A stretch of DNA of 64,000 bases from a bacterium (GCA_043756865.1 JAYUQG010000014.1:2349-66348); one strand, 5' to 3'. Shown: positions 24,101 through 31,885, numbered from the stretch's first letter. Translations and numbers: made by a program. Notes: generated from the letters alone by a model not told the origin.

Positions 24101-27100
24101 GGGTCGATACTCAGCAGCGACACAGGTGAAGCTCCGAATCCCGCACCATTACCGGGGAGTGCAGTATCGGGGACCAGTGCCCACGATGATGTCGAGGTGA
24201 GATATTCTATTTGATACCCCACTGTTCCATAGACCTCACTATCGCTAAAACGCAGATTTCCCCACACCGAACCAATTGTTTTAATATTAAAATCAATTGC
24301 TGAAGAATATATGGTTCCCGTAGTTGAGCCGTTGATGAGCATCACGGCATCTGTGGCCGTTGAGTGTACTCCTGAAAGCGTGTCGAGTTGGAACTGATCA
24401 CGTGTGGTTTGGTGCCACGTTGATACCACTACCGCCGTATCAACGGTGAGACTGCGCGCGGTGGACCACTCACCCCACTGGTTAGACCCGCTCGAATCCT
24501 TTGCTCGTACTCGCCACCAATACGTACTACCGTTTGTGAGGGCAGTTGCTGATTTGAACTGAATTTTGTCTCCTGAATTAAAGGGTGCCTTGTTTGCAGG
24601 GGTATCCACATTTTCAAAAAGATCGGGGTCTGCGAGTGAATCTGAGTCTATAACGGAAGTAGTAAATGTCGCTGAAAATGAAATCTGCACTTGGTAATCA
24701 AGGTCATTGACCTCCCCATCGGTCGCGGTGAATTGAAATGATGGAGTTGTGGTGCCCACCTTCTCAAACGAAAATGGCGCAGATTGGACTGTTACCCCCG
24801 GTGATGCGTTGGTCAAGACAAGCGGATAATTCACATAGGTATCAAGCGGTGTACCATCTGACTTCACCATCCTAAAACAATACCGCGTATTCGGTGCTGC
24901 CAGATTGTCCTGAACGACCCAATCCCATTCTCCGACTCCACCAATCGGAACTTGTGTCCGTGTAGTCGTGGAATTATTTTCTTCAGCGTAAGCCTCGGCC
25001 ACTGTAGAGGATGAAAGGAGGAGCGTCGTGAGCGTCGCCCCATCGGAAACTCCCGTGTTATTGAATCCCCGCCATAGTGCGGTTGAGGAAGCGAGCGGGG
25101 AAACATCACTCCAATTCAATGCGGACTCGCAAATGGGGTCACTTGAATACTGGAGCTTAAATGCCTGAACTCCCACAGTGGAGGTCGCATTCCCCACAGA
25201 CACATTCATACGCAGACGAATTTTGTCGGTGGGTTTTAGGCTATCAAGCGATGTTTCAATCGGAGTATTTTCCGCGAGATCAGACCCACCAGGAGGCCAA
25301 GGGTCTGTCGGAGTCAACAGATTTGCGTTATTGTAGACCCGATAAGAATCTTGTGTAAATACAGGAACCCCAGAAAGTCGTTTTCCAAATATTACCTCGA
25401 CGTACCGAGGAAGCTGGCTTTCCGTAGAAAAACCCGTTAGGTCTACTGAATGCACATGTGTTGTTGGTGCCGCCTGTACACCAATACGTCCGGGGGCGCT
25501 TTCAGACGACGCACCCGTTACCGCACCCGTCATGTCCGAGTACGTATGGTCAACAGCTCCACCCGTTCCCCCATACGTGCTTGATGCTTTCACAAACTTT
25601 CCATTGAGTGTGCCACCGATGTCAGAAATTCGTGACCAGCCCGCCGCGGGGTCATTGTCCCACATGGTTATCATGTAATTTGAAGTGCCCGTCGCGGTCG
25701 CAAGCTTTGCAAATAACATTTCCACGTTGGGTGGTTCGCTATTTACGAGTGGGGTATTTGTGGCCGTAAGTGTGTGTGTGTGGTTTTCAGCAGAAGGAAG
25801 CGGGGTCGACTGAGTCCCTCCGAGGCGTGAGCGATATCTCTGCGGTGAGACACCGACTGTTGAAGAACCAGTCATAGGATGGATGTGCGTGTTTGAACCT
25901 GTAGCGGTACCGGCAGTATTTTGACCAAACGGATAATATCCATCTTGTGGTGTGTATCGATTCCAACCGGTTGGCAATGAAGACGAGGCGATATCAAAAA
26001 GTGCAATAGCACCGGCGGGAATAGTTGCGGGTTCACCTGCACTATTTGCCTGAATGACACGCAGCTGTCGAGAAAGCGGAACCGTGCTGGTTGCCCCGAC
26101 GGATACAGAGAGAGTGTGTGCGTGGGATATACCCGCCAAGAGTGTATTCACTACTGAATTTTCTGTTACCCCCGTTGACCCTGTGTTGAAAACAGTTGCG
26201 GTGACTGAATGGGTGCTGGTGGGTACTCCTCCAAACCCCCCGTATGTAGACGACCCGAAAGGTAATCGTTCATAAAAGGGATCCGTCGTGAGACAGGACA
26301 CACACGTCCAAGTGGCAGGGATGGTGACATTGTCATCCCAAAAAAGCATCATCTTCCCTGCTGCATCTGACGCTATCTGCCACTTTCGCGCTTCCACAAA
26401 CGAGTCATCTTCCCCACCCATAGAAAGTGGGCCCATGAGATAAAGGTACGGTGAAACATCAGGAGCATCAAATGTATATGCAAAGTCAACCACTCCGCCC
26501 GCTTCCAACTTTGTCGGCCACGATGCAGTCATAAAGGTGTGTGCATCGTCGCCCCAAGCAAGCGTGGCATTCCCACGGTCAATCACGATAAAGTCGCCGG
26601 GGATGCGCTCGACAATGTTTCCCTCAAATGCCTCAATCGCGCGCACACGTATCTTCATCGGATAGTGCGCTAAGGGGAAGATGCGTGTTGGTCCCACACG
26701 TTCGATTACATAGGGTACATAATCACGTACTTCGAACGTATCGGTCACTTGGCTCGCGACATTCTCGTTCACATCGAGACGCACAAGTTTTGCTTTATAC
26801 GTTCCCGTTGCTGCCAGCGGTATGTCGTATGCGGCAGCATAGTCGGGAACATCTACTACATTGTTACCGTTGCACTTCCCCGATGCCGTGACGGGGACCT
26901 CCGTCTCAGTCCCTCCCGGTGTGGTCACCCACAGTTTAAGCGGTGCATCACAGATGGTATTTCCATTGTTCGAAAGTGCGGCCAGCGAAATATCGAGACG
27001 CTCACCGGGCAGGGAAATACTCTTCGCATAATTGATAGCTAACACACCCCAATAGAAATCGAACTCATCTGTGTACGTATCGCCCCCCTCTTCAATCTCA

Positions 27101-30100
27101 ATATGCAGTGTGTACTTGCCGGGGCGAACGGCTCCGGTGTCGTCTTTTAACTGGAGTGACCACTCCCCGCCCTCACCATACTTCACATCATACTCCGCAG
27201 GTTTGTCTCCAAAATGTGGGTGGCGCAGCATAATGCGTGCAACAGTAAATGACTGCACGCCGAGCAGCTTCCGCACACCCTGCATCAGGCCGCTTGATTG
27301 GCTCTTGTATTGAAATCGAAATGTCGGCTTTTGGTGTAACGAGAACTCACGCTCTTTGGAGAGTAGCGTATCGACATGCTCTTTATCTTTGCCATCATCA
27401 GTCACATCGAGTTTGCGATGCTCACCGGGAACCACAAACTCAGTCTCCCCAAGTTGTAGTGTCACAAGCGCAGCACCCGGGGCACGCGAAAGTGCAGCAC
27501 TCTCAAGCATACGCACGCCCGCCCGCCCCATACCGACACCCGCCTCCGAGAATGTTCCTGCGGGTATTGCCATGCCTAAAAACTGAGTCACACTTCCTGA
27601 AACAGCCCGGAGCGTAAAGCCAAGCGGAAACACTCCGCTCTTGGGAAGAAAGTGTGTGGCACCGGGGCTATTTCCCCGTCCATGACATGTTGATGAAGCA
27701 ATCATTGTCCCCTCTTCGTCATAGAGTCCAAATAGGACGGGCTCAGGTGTGGGAGCACACACGAGGGCAATGTGACTTGCATCAAATGGGGAACGATAAC
27801 TTCCACCCATAAGACTACGGGGTAGTATGCTCAATAAAGATTCGGGGGGGGTCATGAGTCCCCCAATCGGTTGAGTGTGCGCGTCCACGCGAAATGCCTC
27901 CGCACCATCCAGCGGTCCAGAGTTACACTGGTCGACAACAAAACTCGCTCCCGCGCGTCGACCGTCGATGGATTTTCGCGCGCCACTTGCACACAGTGCA
28001 GTGATGTCGGTACCATCGTTTCTCACTCCAACCGTAATCTTTCCAAGCGCGAGTCCAAAGAGCGATTCGGTGGTAGCAGAAGGGATTGGTGTCGGTGCTC
28101 CACCTTCACCTCCTACGAGTGTGAGTACTGCATCGCGGTCGAGGTCAACAAGTACACTGTCTGAAAGTGTTATCGGTCGACGCACAATCGAACCGAAAAT
28201 AGGGTCAATGGACTCAACCGTGCCGCCAACACCGATTGCGCCATGAACTGCCTCACTATCAAGCGCTGCAATAGCGAGCTCACGTTCGCCACCAATTCCT
28301 GGGAGTACGAAATGCTCCCCTGCATATCCCAACGGAACATAAACGGCAACGGGCGAAACGGCAATCACCGATGCGGTAATCGGTCCATCCGCATGCACAA
28401 TAGTGCTGGGTTGAATTCCAGAAAAGAGCGCACTCTCTCCCTGCTCCAGAGTAACTGATTGTTGGTCTTCAATTTCCACACGCACATGAGGAGCGAGGGC
28501 AAGTACATGGAGTGTCATGTCCAGTTGACTACCTCCAAACACTACGCCGCGTGGAGTTAGTGCCGTGGTGCGAAACGGAGTGAATTCATTCGAGCGCGAA
28601 GTTGCGAACTGATCTCCAAAATACACATATACACTCGACGTAGCTCCCGCAGATAGTTTGGGTACACGCACCCACGCAAGTCCACGCTGTTCTTCACTAT
28701 TAAATTCAGCAAGCCAATATGGAAGTTCTATCTTCCCACTTTCATCGACGAAACGAATATCGGAACCGGAAGCAGAAACATACTCCCAGAAGTCTGCGGA
28801 CATCCCCGCAAAATCAACAGGGATGGCAAACTCTCCGTCCGCGCTCACCGCACTGCTGTCCCATGTTATTGGTATGCGATGATTCCACGAACCACCCCAA
28901 TCAGTGTGGAGCAATCCGTACGCACCCGACTCTGCGGCTGCTTCGATTGCGAGATCCCCACGTGCATTGAGTGGCACATCCAGTGTGACGCGAAAGTACA
29001 TGGTCTGCCCCGGATTCAAAAGTACGGAGTCGGCGAGATATGACTCCGCACGAAGTGAGGATGGAATCAAGTCAACGGGCATTTCTGCAACCAAGAAATC
29101 AATCGCCTTTGTAAATATCCCGCTTTCGTCAGCAATGGCACCCCGTGTAATTGGTAAAGTCGTCCAACCATCGCGATAGCGCGTTTCTGTCTCAAGCCCG
29201 ACACCGACTCCTTTTGCAATACAATTTGTACCTTCGATATTCAGTGCGTCACATGTCGCACGCTCCCGCGTCTCCACGCAGCTATACGCATCCGATCCGG
29301 AGTCTCTCGTACTCTCGTTCTCCCAACCCGCTGCACAAAAATATCCCACGTCGTCATACTTCAGTGCGCTGCCCTGATAGGGAGTATTGTGTGACCAGCG
29401 CGACAAAGTGCGCACCGTTGCTCCCTCATCTTGAAAACGAAACTGTAATTTCAATACCTCCGCTTCGGTGCTCTCATTTGTCACGTTGACGTATGCATCC
29501 ATGGTGCCAAGTGCGTGGTACGTTTTTTTGTCGCTTTTTATGACAAGCTTCTGTCCCTCATGCGCCTCTCCATTGGTAAACAATATCGTTCCCTCTTCAG
29601 GCGTGACCAGTTGGTCGCGACGCGCCTTGCGTGCCTCAGCATCCCGCGCGGACAGTGTGCTCCTGATATTCGCACCCGAAAGCGCAAACTCTTCGGCAGA
29701 TGAGTTCAGTGTAGTGTCTTGATAACGCACGTTTACCCAGAGGCCGTCCACATACACCGCAGCATCCTCTTCACTTGCGCGGTCATACTCCAGCACAACC
29801 TTCAAGTCTGACAAATCATCCCACGTTGAAATATTTGGAAGTTCAAATTTGAGATACCCCGCACGTTTCGCGTTAGACAACTCCCCCCGAATCTCAGAAC
29901 TTCCGAGAAATTCCCAGCGACCTGCGAGATAGGCGCGCACAAGCACACGGTCATATTCCCCGCTGGAGTAAGCACCTCGTCCTGCGAGCGAGAGCTCGAG
30001 TGTTGCACCAGCAACTGCTTTACCCTCGAGTGTACCGCCGAGGCCAAACCCTACATACTCGGCGAGATGACATGTTTTTCCAAACGTACTGCAAAGGGAG

Positions 30101-30912
30101 ACCGAGTATGGGTCGGGTGACTGCGTCGACTCAGCAACCGCAGCAAGCGGTGTGCCCGACGCTTGAGTGCTTGATGCTGCATCAGCAGCGCTCACAGGTA
30201 GCGGGTTCTTTTCCAGAGATGGGTCAGGGCTCTGCACAACAGAGACTACTTTCTCTTCTGTCTCTATAAGTTCGGGGATAGGCGAGGAATCGCCCGAGGG
30301 TGCTGCGGCGACTTCGGGCACATCTTGCGCCAACACTTTTTCACCTGCAAGAAAACCTGAAAACATGTGGCGCACGCGCTGCATTAAAAATGCCTCGGGT
30401 GCGCCCTGAGGGGCCACAGTGTCCGCGGGAGTTACGGTGGGGGAAACTGACGGTTCTTCTGGTGTCAGGAGCGGCATGAAAGGATTCGGGGTCGAAACAC
30501 TTTCGTTCGGTATTATTTCGGAAGGAACCTCTGAAGGAGGCGGCGTGGTGTCTGCCGTATCGGGTGTGACTCCCTCCAGTGTGGGTACGTCTTCGCCCTC
30601 AGTAGTCGTACCTACTTCAAGTGAAGCTCCGAAGTATACATAGGCAGAATTCTCTCGGCTAAAATCTGCGAGCTCGGCGTCCATCGAGAGGTCTTGACCA
30701 AGAGAAAGTTCACCCCCCTCCCACCCTTCAGTGACAACATTCGACGGTGACACATACACATGGGCTTCTTTCTCCGCAAATACGAACTCTGAGAGAAACC
30801 AGAGGCCGAACACTACAGCACTAAGCGCGACAAAAGCCCGAAAACGCCTTCCTGTGTGCGAGGTGAAACGCCAATGAAACTGCTTTGTGTGGGTGCGCAA
30901 AAAATGAAACAT
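12172..30912 (-). CDS. Giant 6246-aa exported adhesin-like protein (two DUF2341-like domains, tail-collar/HxH repeats, FN3-like, propeller-like and beta-helix-like repeats, C-terminal subunit-like module)
   Basis: Uninterrupted 18.7-kb ORF with an N-terminal hydrophobic helix. DIRFVD..ELPYW..WVRVP..YVYFG and DLRFTD..IPYW..WVKVP..MYYG. TDYWS(Y/F)ATDFDGTALG occurs three times. Confidence 0.9.
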   Translation of the reverse strand: MFHFLRTHTKQFHWRFTSHTGRRFRAFVALSAVVFGLWFLSEFVFAEKEAHVYVSPSNVVTEGWEGGELSLGQDLSMDAELADFSRENSAYVYFGASLEVGTTTEGEDVPTLEGVTPDTADTTPPPSEVPSEIIPNESVSTPNPFMPLLTPEEPSVSPTVTPADTVAPQGAPEAFLMQRVRHMFSGFLAGEKVLAQDVPEVAAAPSGDSSPIPELIETEEKVVSVVQSPDPSLEKNPLPVSAADAASSTQASGTPLAAVAESTQSPDPYSVSLCSTFGKTCHLAEYVGFGLGGTLEGKAVAGATLELSLAGRGAYSSGEYDRVLVRAYLAGRWEFLGSSEIRGELSNAKRAGYLKFELPNISTWDDLSDLKVVLEYDRASEEDAAVYVDGLWVNVRYQDTTLNSSAEEFALSGANIRSTLSARDAEARKARRDQLVTPEEGTILFTNGEAHEGQKLVIKSDKKTYHALGTMDAYVNVTNESTEAEVLKLQFRFQDEGATVRTLSRWSHNTPYQGSALKYDDVGYFCAAGWENESTRDSGSDAYSCVETRERATCDALNIEGTNCIAKGVGVGLETETRYRDGWTTLPITRGAIADESGIFTKAIDFLVAEMPVDLIPSSLRAESYLADSVLLNPGQTMYFRVTLDVPLNARGDLAIEAAAESGAYGLLHTDWGGSWNHRIPITWDSSAVSADGEFAIPVDFAGMSADFWEYVSASGSDIRFVDESGKIELPYWLAEFNSEEQRGLAWVRVPKLSAGATSSVYVYFGDQFATSRSNEFTPFRTTALTPRGVVFGGSQLDMTLHVLALAPHVRVEIEDQQSVTLEQGESALFSGIQPSTIVHADGPITASVIAVSPVAVYVPLGYAGEHFVLPGIGGERELAIAALDSEAVHGAIGVGGTVESIDPIFGSIVRRPITLSDSVLVDLDRDAVLTLVGGEGGAPTPIPSATTESLFGLALGKITVGVRNDGTDITALCASGARKSIDGRRAGASFVVDQCNSGPLDGAEAFRVDAHTQPIGGLMTPPESLLSILPRSLMGGSYRSPFDASHIALVCAPTPEPVLFGLYDEEGTMIASSTCHGRGNSPGATHFLPKSGVFPLGFTLRAVSGSVTQFLGMAIPAGTFSEAGVGMGRAGVRMLESAALSRAPGAALVTLQLGETEFVVPGEHRKLDVTDDGKDKEHVDTLLSKEREFSLHQKPTFRFQYKSQSSGLMQGVRKLLGVQSFTVARIMLRHPHFGDKPAEYDVKYGEGGEWSLQLKDDTGAVRPGKYTLHIEIEEGGDTYTDEFDFYWGVLAINYAKSISLPGERLDISLAALSNNGNTICDAPLKLWVTTPGGTETEVPVTASGKCNGNNVVDVPDYAAAYDIPLAATGTYKAKLVRLDVNENVASQVTDTFEVRDYVPYVIERVGPTRIFPLAHYPMKIRVRAIEAFEGNIVERIPGDFIVIDRGNATLAWGDDAHTFMTASWPTKLEAGGVVDFAYTFDAPDVSPYLYLMGPLSMGGEDDSFVEARKWQIASDAAGKMMLFWDDNVTIPATWTCVSCLTTDPFYERLPFGSSTYGGFGGVPTSTHSVTATVFNTGSTGVTENSVVNTLLAGISHAHTLSVSVGATSTVPLSRQLRVIQANSAGEPATIPAGAIALFDIASSSLPTGWNRYTPQDGYYPFGQNTAGTATGSNTHIHPMTGSSTVGVSPQRYRSRLGGTQSTPLPSAENHTHTLTATNTPLVNSEPPNVEMLFAKLATATGTSNYMITMWDNDPAAGWSRISDIGGTLNGKFVKASSTYGGTGGAVDHTYSDMTGAVTGASSESAPGRIGVQAAPTTHVHSVDLTGFSTESQLPRYVEVIFGKRLSGVPVFTQDSYRVYNNANLLTPTDPWPPGGSDLAENTPIETSLDSLKPTDKIRLRMNVSVGNATSTVGVQAFKLQYSSDPICESALNWSDVSPLASSTALWRGFNNTGVSDGATLTTLLLSSSTVAEAYAEENNSTTTRTQVPIGGVGEWDWVVQDNLAAPNTRYCFRMVKSDGTPLDTYVNYPLVLTNASPGVTVQSAPFSFEKVGTTTPSFQFTATDGEVNDLDYQVQISFSATFTTSVIDSDSLADPDLFENVDTPANKAPFNSGDKIQFKSATALTNGSTYWWRVRAKDSSGSNQWGEWSTARSLTVDTAVVVSTWHQTTRDQFQLDTLSGVHSTATDAVMLINGSTTGTIYSSAIDFNIKTIGSVWGNLRFSDSEVYGTVGYQIEYLTSTSSWALVPDTALPGNGAGFGASPVSLLSIDPTVYATIRIRANLTNTTGTPVLFDWTIDWGFTVGTPTLYLPFSNAKLNTTTPTFEWTAADPQGDPIEYEIQWSTTSAFTSSTTRNSGVNLGFQNIQNATDTTPFNSSDRIRFTIQPGDALIASSTYFWRVRGRDPTGANTYSFYSETRSFTVDLSITIATWFQTVDDQFRTDTLSSLRLTGTGSTTVATTTDEVMLAYGEGTVQTPRFRIFDGITLGGEQTALSVGATIQWVIVKSSPLISQYILGTLGSDRDTNFQVYESGAWANLQETGTAAPSPQRRSFDVAYETVSGRAIAVTCDSSPTAGYRIWTGSAWSATGTVNLSFATNCEWVRLASHPISNEIIGLFRNTGSMYEAQVWNATTSSWGNATVLGSMRDIAHEGMAVEYENSGTDAVVVASNGINASFVWKSWNGASWTATATVALGDDFESGNLRRNKTNDDMALCYIDQDNDIGVIRWTGSTNTWAAFTELEITGQSFNGRPVDCQYETISGRTNYIMVPYADTTGTRWRFWDGVLYQGERNMASTGGTTFPTSFTNQLVRTSASGTMLGMFFDHVGTDYEYAELVGSSTWENHQTIEDTASVTASPFGEPFYMAPQSPLSVGTIIGTPIDYDDGIAPAWQRVKWDATTPGETTFMTQVQYQNASGTWALIPDTLIPGNSVGTTTSPISITALDTTLYNVIRLKGTLTCMSGVCPTLNDWTVEWAAGVRISGTARLHDLTSTVTSGTVAVAVNGSLQVGRTGTIANGDWFIDNVTVFPGNTLTVFISGANDFNEAVTVAKYTGPGDMGGMRISERWVTIGSASTTGQSISLTDLAKYDNSVSGSEDIFYDIDAGNDFNNCVVGSCLDSSIHVFSNTFRPATSTSETINTWDMRVNGFLFADTNTIKVSGSWGNLGGFTSNASTVIFNGTSSTRTIDSTGAATSTFYNVTFGESGNTATWNLSSAFVATGTVAMSFGTTSQGTNDITLQGDLTIGASGTFIKGTATTTFSGTAARIWTDNTAAKQDLGNVVVNGTAKTLTLGSSVKATNIVIGADDTLSAGSAYTLTVLENWNNTGTFTSLTGTVDFAATTTGKTINQGVSNFYNTTFSGVGGTWIWQNTNATTTNDFAITGVGTTTLPSGTLAIGGSFSNTAGAFVHNSGVVRFTSTASGKNVRANGSLWNDILFAGAGGAWTFQDTNATTVGTFYITAGTPTLPSGTLEAGNTFDNQSGAFVANGGTLRMTSVLSGRIVRLSGSTLANFFVANAGGFTIADANATATGDVIFAAGTTTLPTANFAIGGNFSATGAFVSGSGAVHFNPASGTKTVSAGPSTFATVNVLATPTATISITGNATATAAFTLISGGFTQATATALAVGGTFTNNVGGASTTWTGTTLTLYSGTSYTLNTKTTGADSYATLRLALGTNVRMWNSSSNTYQFTPTSSMYSQDDSALDGSLFIGGNYIRTTGTDYWSFATDFDGTALGGSGRQVNVRFAPTATSSFTTNATLQIIGSTTASTTIDRATTGSFVVALSDATLNANYYQFRNMGARGLELAGTTTVTSLSYGDFEVATNGGSGITIASTTVDQNTGIQLFTVRFATTTAILAFNVTEIGTPAGSSFIRFRQHYGNIAGESNDNDPGGNPGYIRWDDSIFVISISGTVYSDAGVTPMSTTTCDNVTPNVRVRVNGLGNFAAPCSSANGTYTVPGVTFIGDTVMTVYLDTNGGRKATLVTRSASADLTGINLYQDRVIVRHEDTAALGIEHMNAYDAGNDSDISYSAATTGPNTLAVNPETEFWVWNAKTFIPNGNITLNSGGSGNNWDGTFHVDNNAIFTAQGNESHSVGGRFALDAGATFTAASSTFTFTATTTGKLLVGITPINFWNLVFNGSGGEWSVNQTTNTGNDLTVTQGTLVGANSMTISGVNMTGAGTVAMTGGSVTFANGGTFGGNTNWSFNNLNFGNGAGGTTTKTGSSTISIATIMTVTAGHTLNAGVPSAWNLTGGATPLVITGTLNPEVSVFRFSSTANTTVAAANYYRLYLAPSGAGGPTYSLSAGTFTVRNSLTVGDGVNSGTTTVTTNDPIVNVEGDLIIRSSATLVGSDSAAFNIYRDWYNQGTYTPSAGTVSFVATTTGRTITPSTSAFYNAAFNAAIGGWTILGNATTTNNFSITQVSSFVMASGTTLEVRGVFTNAVGGSATTWTGSTLYLNSGVTSAMNTKALGGDRYETLQVGGSTKISMWASSATTTAVAATGSLYSQNHASTSGELYIWGSYARTAGTDYWSYATDFDGTALGVSSRQANVRFATASSISISGTGALEILGTNTASTSLSIQTLGTYALNISGGSTTMKYVRFRGVDGNGLNFSGTPVVNLMDDVDFELGVAAGSMITVAGATIDANPLKIFSRNYFGTSTGVGSGFNVKATGVSASIWRFAGTPTSLGVLAGEAFDSDPGGDPGYIVWDDSAANITISGNVYGDEGITPVGGPTCDGSTQTVRLRVQGAGAYTSACNSTTGAFSISSVVFNPGDVLTLYLDTNSSTTAANVTVDPATNIANMHLYRDRVIVRHEGGTALSIANMNQYDSDQDTDIRFKATTGAPDTLVLPSNTTLIVWTSKVFAPAGDVTVHGNALGSDRDGTVKLYASSTWSAAGTQTHTLAGSFYAASGASVAPANSTFFFNASTTGKFVSASSSLTFYNMTMSGSGGTWNIGGVGTTSNNLTFSAGTTTLPSGTLAVGGTFDNSGGVFLHNSGVVKFTSTATGKNIRALTSAFANLEFDGVGGGWSFLDTNATATGAVLLKNGTTTLPTGVLAIGTDLNNQSGGVTANGGTIRMTATSSGRIIRMNGSSLANLFIADVGTFTFTDTNATATGDVIFASGTSTLPNAAFTVGGSFIATGTIAVATTSLVTFNPTSGTSLVALGNSTLTGVYVAGAPAATVNISASATTTGSMTIASGNFIQASSSALAVGGIFTNNLGGASTTWSGSRLALNSGTSLNMNSKTAGGDLYGIIRLGTNTIVRNWNSSAAAYELGTGTSVYAQDHAAVDGTLHIYGAYTRTTGTDYWSYATDFDGTALGGSSRQVNVRFGPSAAAAFSNASTLQMLGISTASTTVDRATTGNYGLSLSSSYINAQYYQFRNMNTAGLDMSGTTTITSLSNGDFELGLSGGSMITIASTTIDQNASGQIFYVRFATTTAIEGANVSRIGTTTNAITFASEYGNMALESRDNDGNDGCGSIRWTDSSCLFSDQRTYRWRNDNGAEGVPSTEWYDQNWSKRKRVRINNNATSSEVNIEVKFNVVYDSDMQSDFDDLRFTDSSGTTSIPYWIESLTAAASSTVWVKVPALPASGMADIFMYYGHATVAGGTSGTSTFKFFDDFEDGSMSEYSGNTTLFEQSTAFNYERTRGIDASLGNEASGKTTDGIGQMSAGVGRDTTIRFFQYIDIAAGGSNEPCFLFAIQSPITLHQNYAVCLTPFSGTDKVVIAKNAANNGRNDGATQLATTSVTYATGWYEASINWLSNNQINVTVYDSAGSVFATTSATDSSYTSGGIGFAYWGQHGGWDIPSAREYIATAPGAVFGLEQADSGATWKTAENTTLANQLINENLRLRVTVRNSGAPINNNNFRLQVAPKSVSPNCESVSGGSYVDVPTTSGAGCGSGAACMKTSTQFSDKSSTTQLLSIPTGQTFTYGQILEDPSNQTGNVSLASGEFTEVEYNFQMTAFASQDAYCFRTTNSGSALDNYTKVAELRILHAPVLSNFSFNNNASIALTEGATTTIFATSTVTDYNGYADLSFASSTFFRSGLSSSTACTADNNNCYQISTSSCSFINCSGNSCTVSCTADMYYFADPTDFGSTFVAENWQALIDVWDTSNSHARASSSQDVYTLKGLTIPSSLNYGSITVGADTGAANSTTTVTNTGNTILNLLLSGSPMTAASSTIAVNQQKYATSTFTYSGCAGCNLLATTSNPYNIGVTKPTSTNPFFKDVYWGLGVPNGTAATTHSGTNYFIAN

Positions 30913-31160
30913 ACGGACAAAAGCCGCCCTCCAACGATGGGCCGGTTATGCCCCTTATTTTATCAAGAAATTAGTAAAATATGGCTTTATTTCAATGCAA
31001 AATGACCATACATTGCATGGCTCTGTTGCAAGGGATTTATATGCTGATAAAAGTTTTCCACAGGTTTCCCTCGCTCGCGCGTCCTTATATATTCAAAAAT
31101 TGACATAATATTATTTTTAGTTCATAGTTATTTCAGAACCCACTCCAAAGACGAAGGTGG

Positions 31161-31589
31161 ATGATGGAAAATCTCAACCCCGAAGTAGAAGATGACTCTG
31201 CGGACTCCACACTCAGTCTGCTACGAAAAATACTTGTCACTTATGTTTTTGCGCTCATGTCTTCAGGATGCGCATTCCTGTTCTGCGCAATTACATCGTC
31301 AAACTACTCAATGAACGATGTGAGTATTGCACTCTTCCTTGCAAACATCTCGCACCTCACCAGCCTTCGCCACAAAGACACATGGGAGTATGCGAAGAAA
31401 ATATCACTGTTCAACTACGCAACCGAACGCGCAATTGCGGTAACTGGTTCAGTACTAATTTTCTTTGCGTTTCTTGCGCCGTGGTTTCCACGGATGGTAT
31501 TTGCATTTACGCTACTCGGGATCTTCTCCCTCATTACTGCCGCAATTATCTTCCGGCTTCGCGTGCTTGGCACTCCCCTGTTGAAATAA
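31161..31589 (+). CDS. Hypothetical 4-TM membrane protein
   Basis: Hydrophobic ORF with upstream TTGACA (31099) and a downstream terminator. Confidence 0.65.
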   Translation: MMENLNPEVEDDSADSTLSLLRKILVTYVFALMSSGCAFLFCAITSSNYSMNDVSIALFLANISHLTSLRHKDTWEYAKKISLFNYATERAIAVTGSVLIFFAFLAPWFPRMVFAFTLLGIFSLITAAIIFRLRVLGTPLLK

Positions 31590-31627
31590 TCCAGTATCCC
31601 CAAGAACAAACATAGGTCTCATAGTTG

Positions 31628-31654
31628 AACCCGCCACAAGGCGGGTTTTGTTTT
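31628..31654 (+). terminator. Intrinsic terminator
   Basis: aacccgcc-acaa-ggcgggtt then ttgtttt. Confidence 0.75.
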
Positions 31655-31762
31655 CTATAATAAATTACTCAATGTATTAAACGTTGCAAAATAAGACTTT
31701 TTAATAGTTAGTATGCCAACTATTTCAATTACAATGATTTGTCCTTGCACGAGCCTAACACT

Positions 31763-31885
31763 GGCCCTACGAGAGAGGGTCTGACGCATGGCAATCGGCT
31801 TGGTCACCGTTCTGACGATGCTATCATTCGAGTGCGACAACTGCGCCCGTAGGGGGCGCCGATTGTGTGTCTTTCAAAAGGGGCC
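31763..31885 (+). repeat. Structured repeat family A, copy 3 (diverged)
   Basis: Retains ACGCA, GGCTTGGTC, CGAGTGYGAC and GTGTGYCTTTCA. Compensatory acaa/ttgt in place of acgg/ccgt. Abuts the TAG at 31885. Confidence 0.8.

Noticed and set aside
12633-30643. Many plus-strand and alternate-frame ORFs inside the giant gene (also 9124-9906, 6854-7600, 61556-62284)
   Set aside because: Antisense shadows of Thr/Gly-rich coding sequence with no independent motifs.
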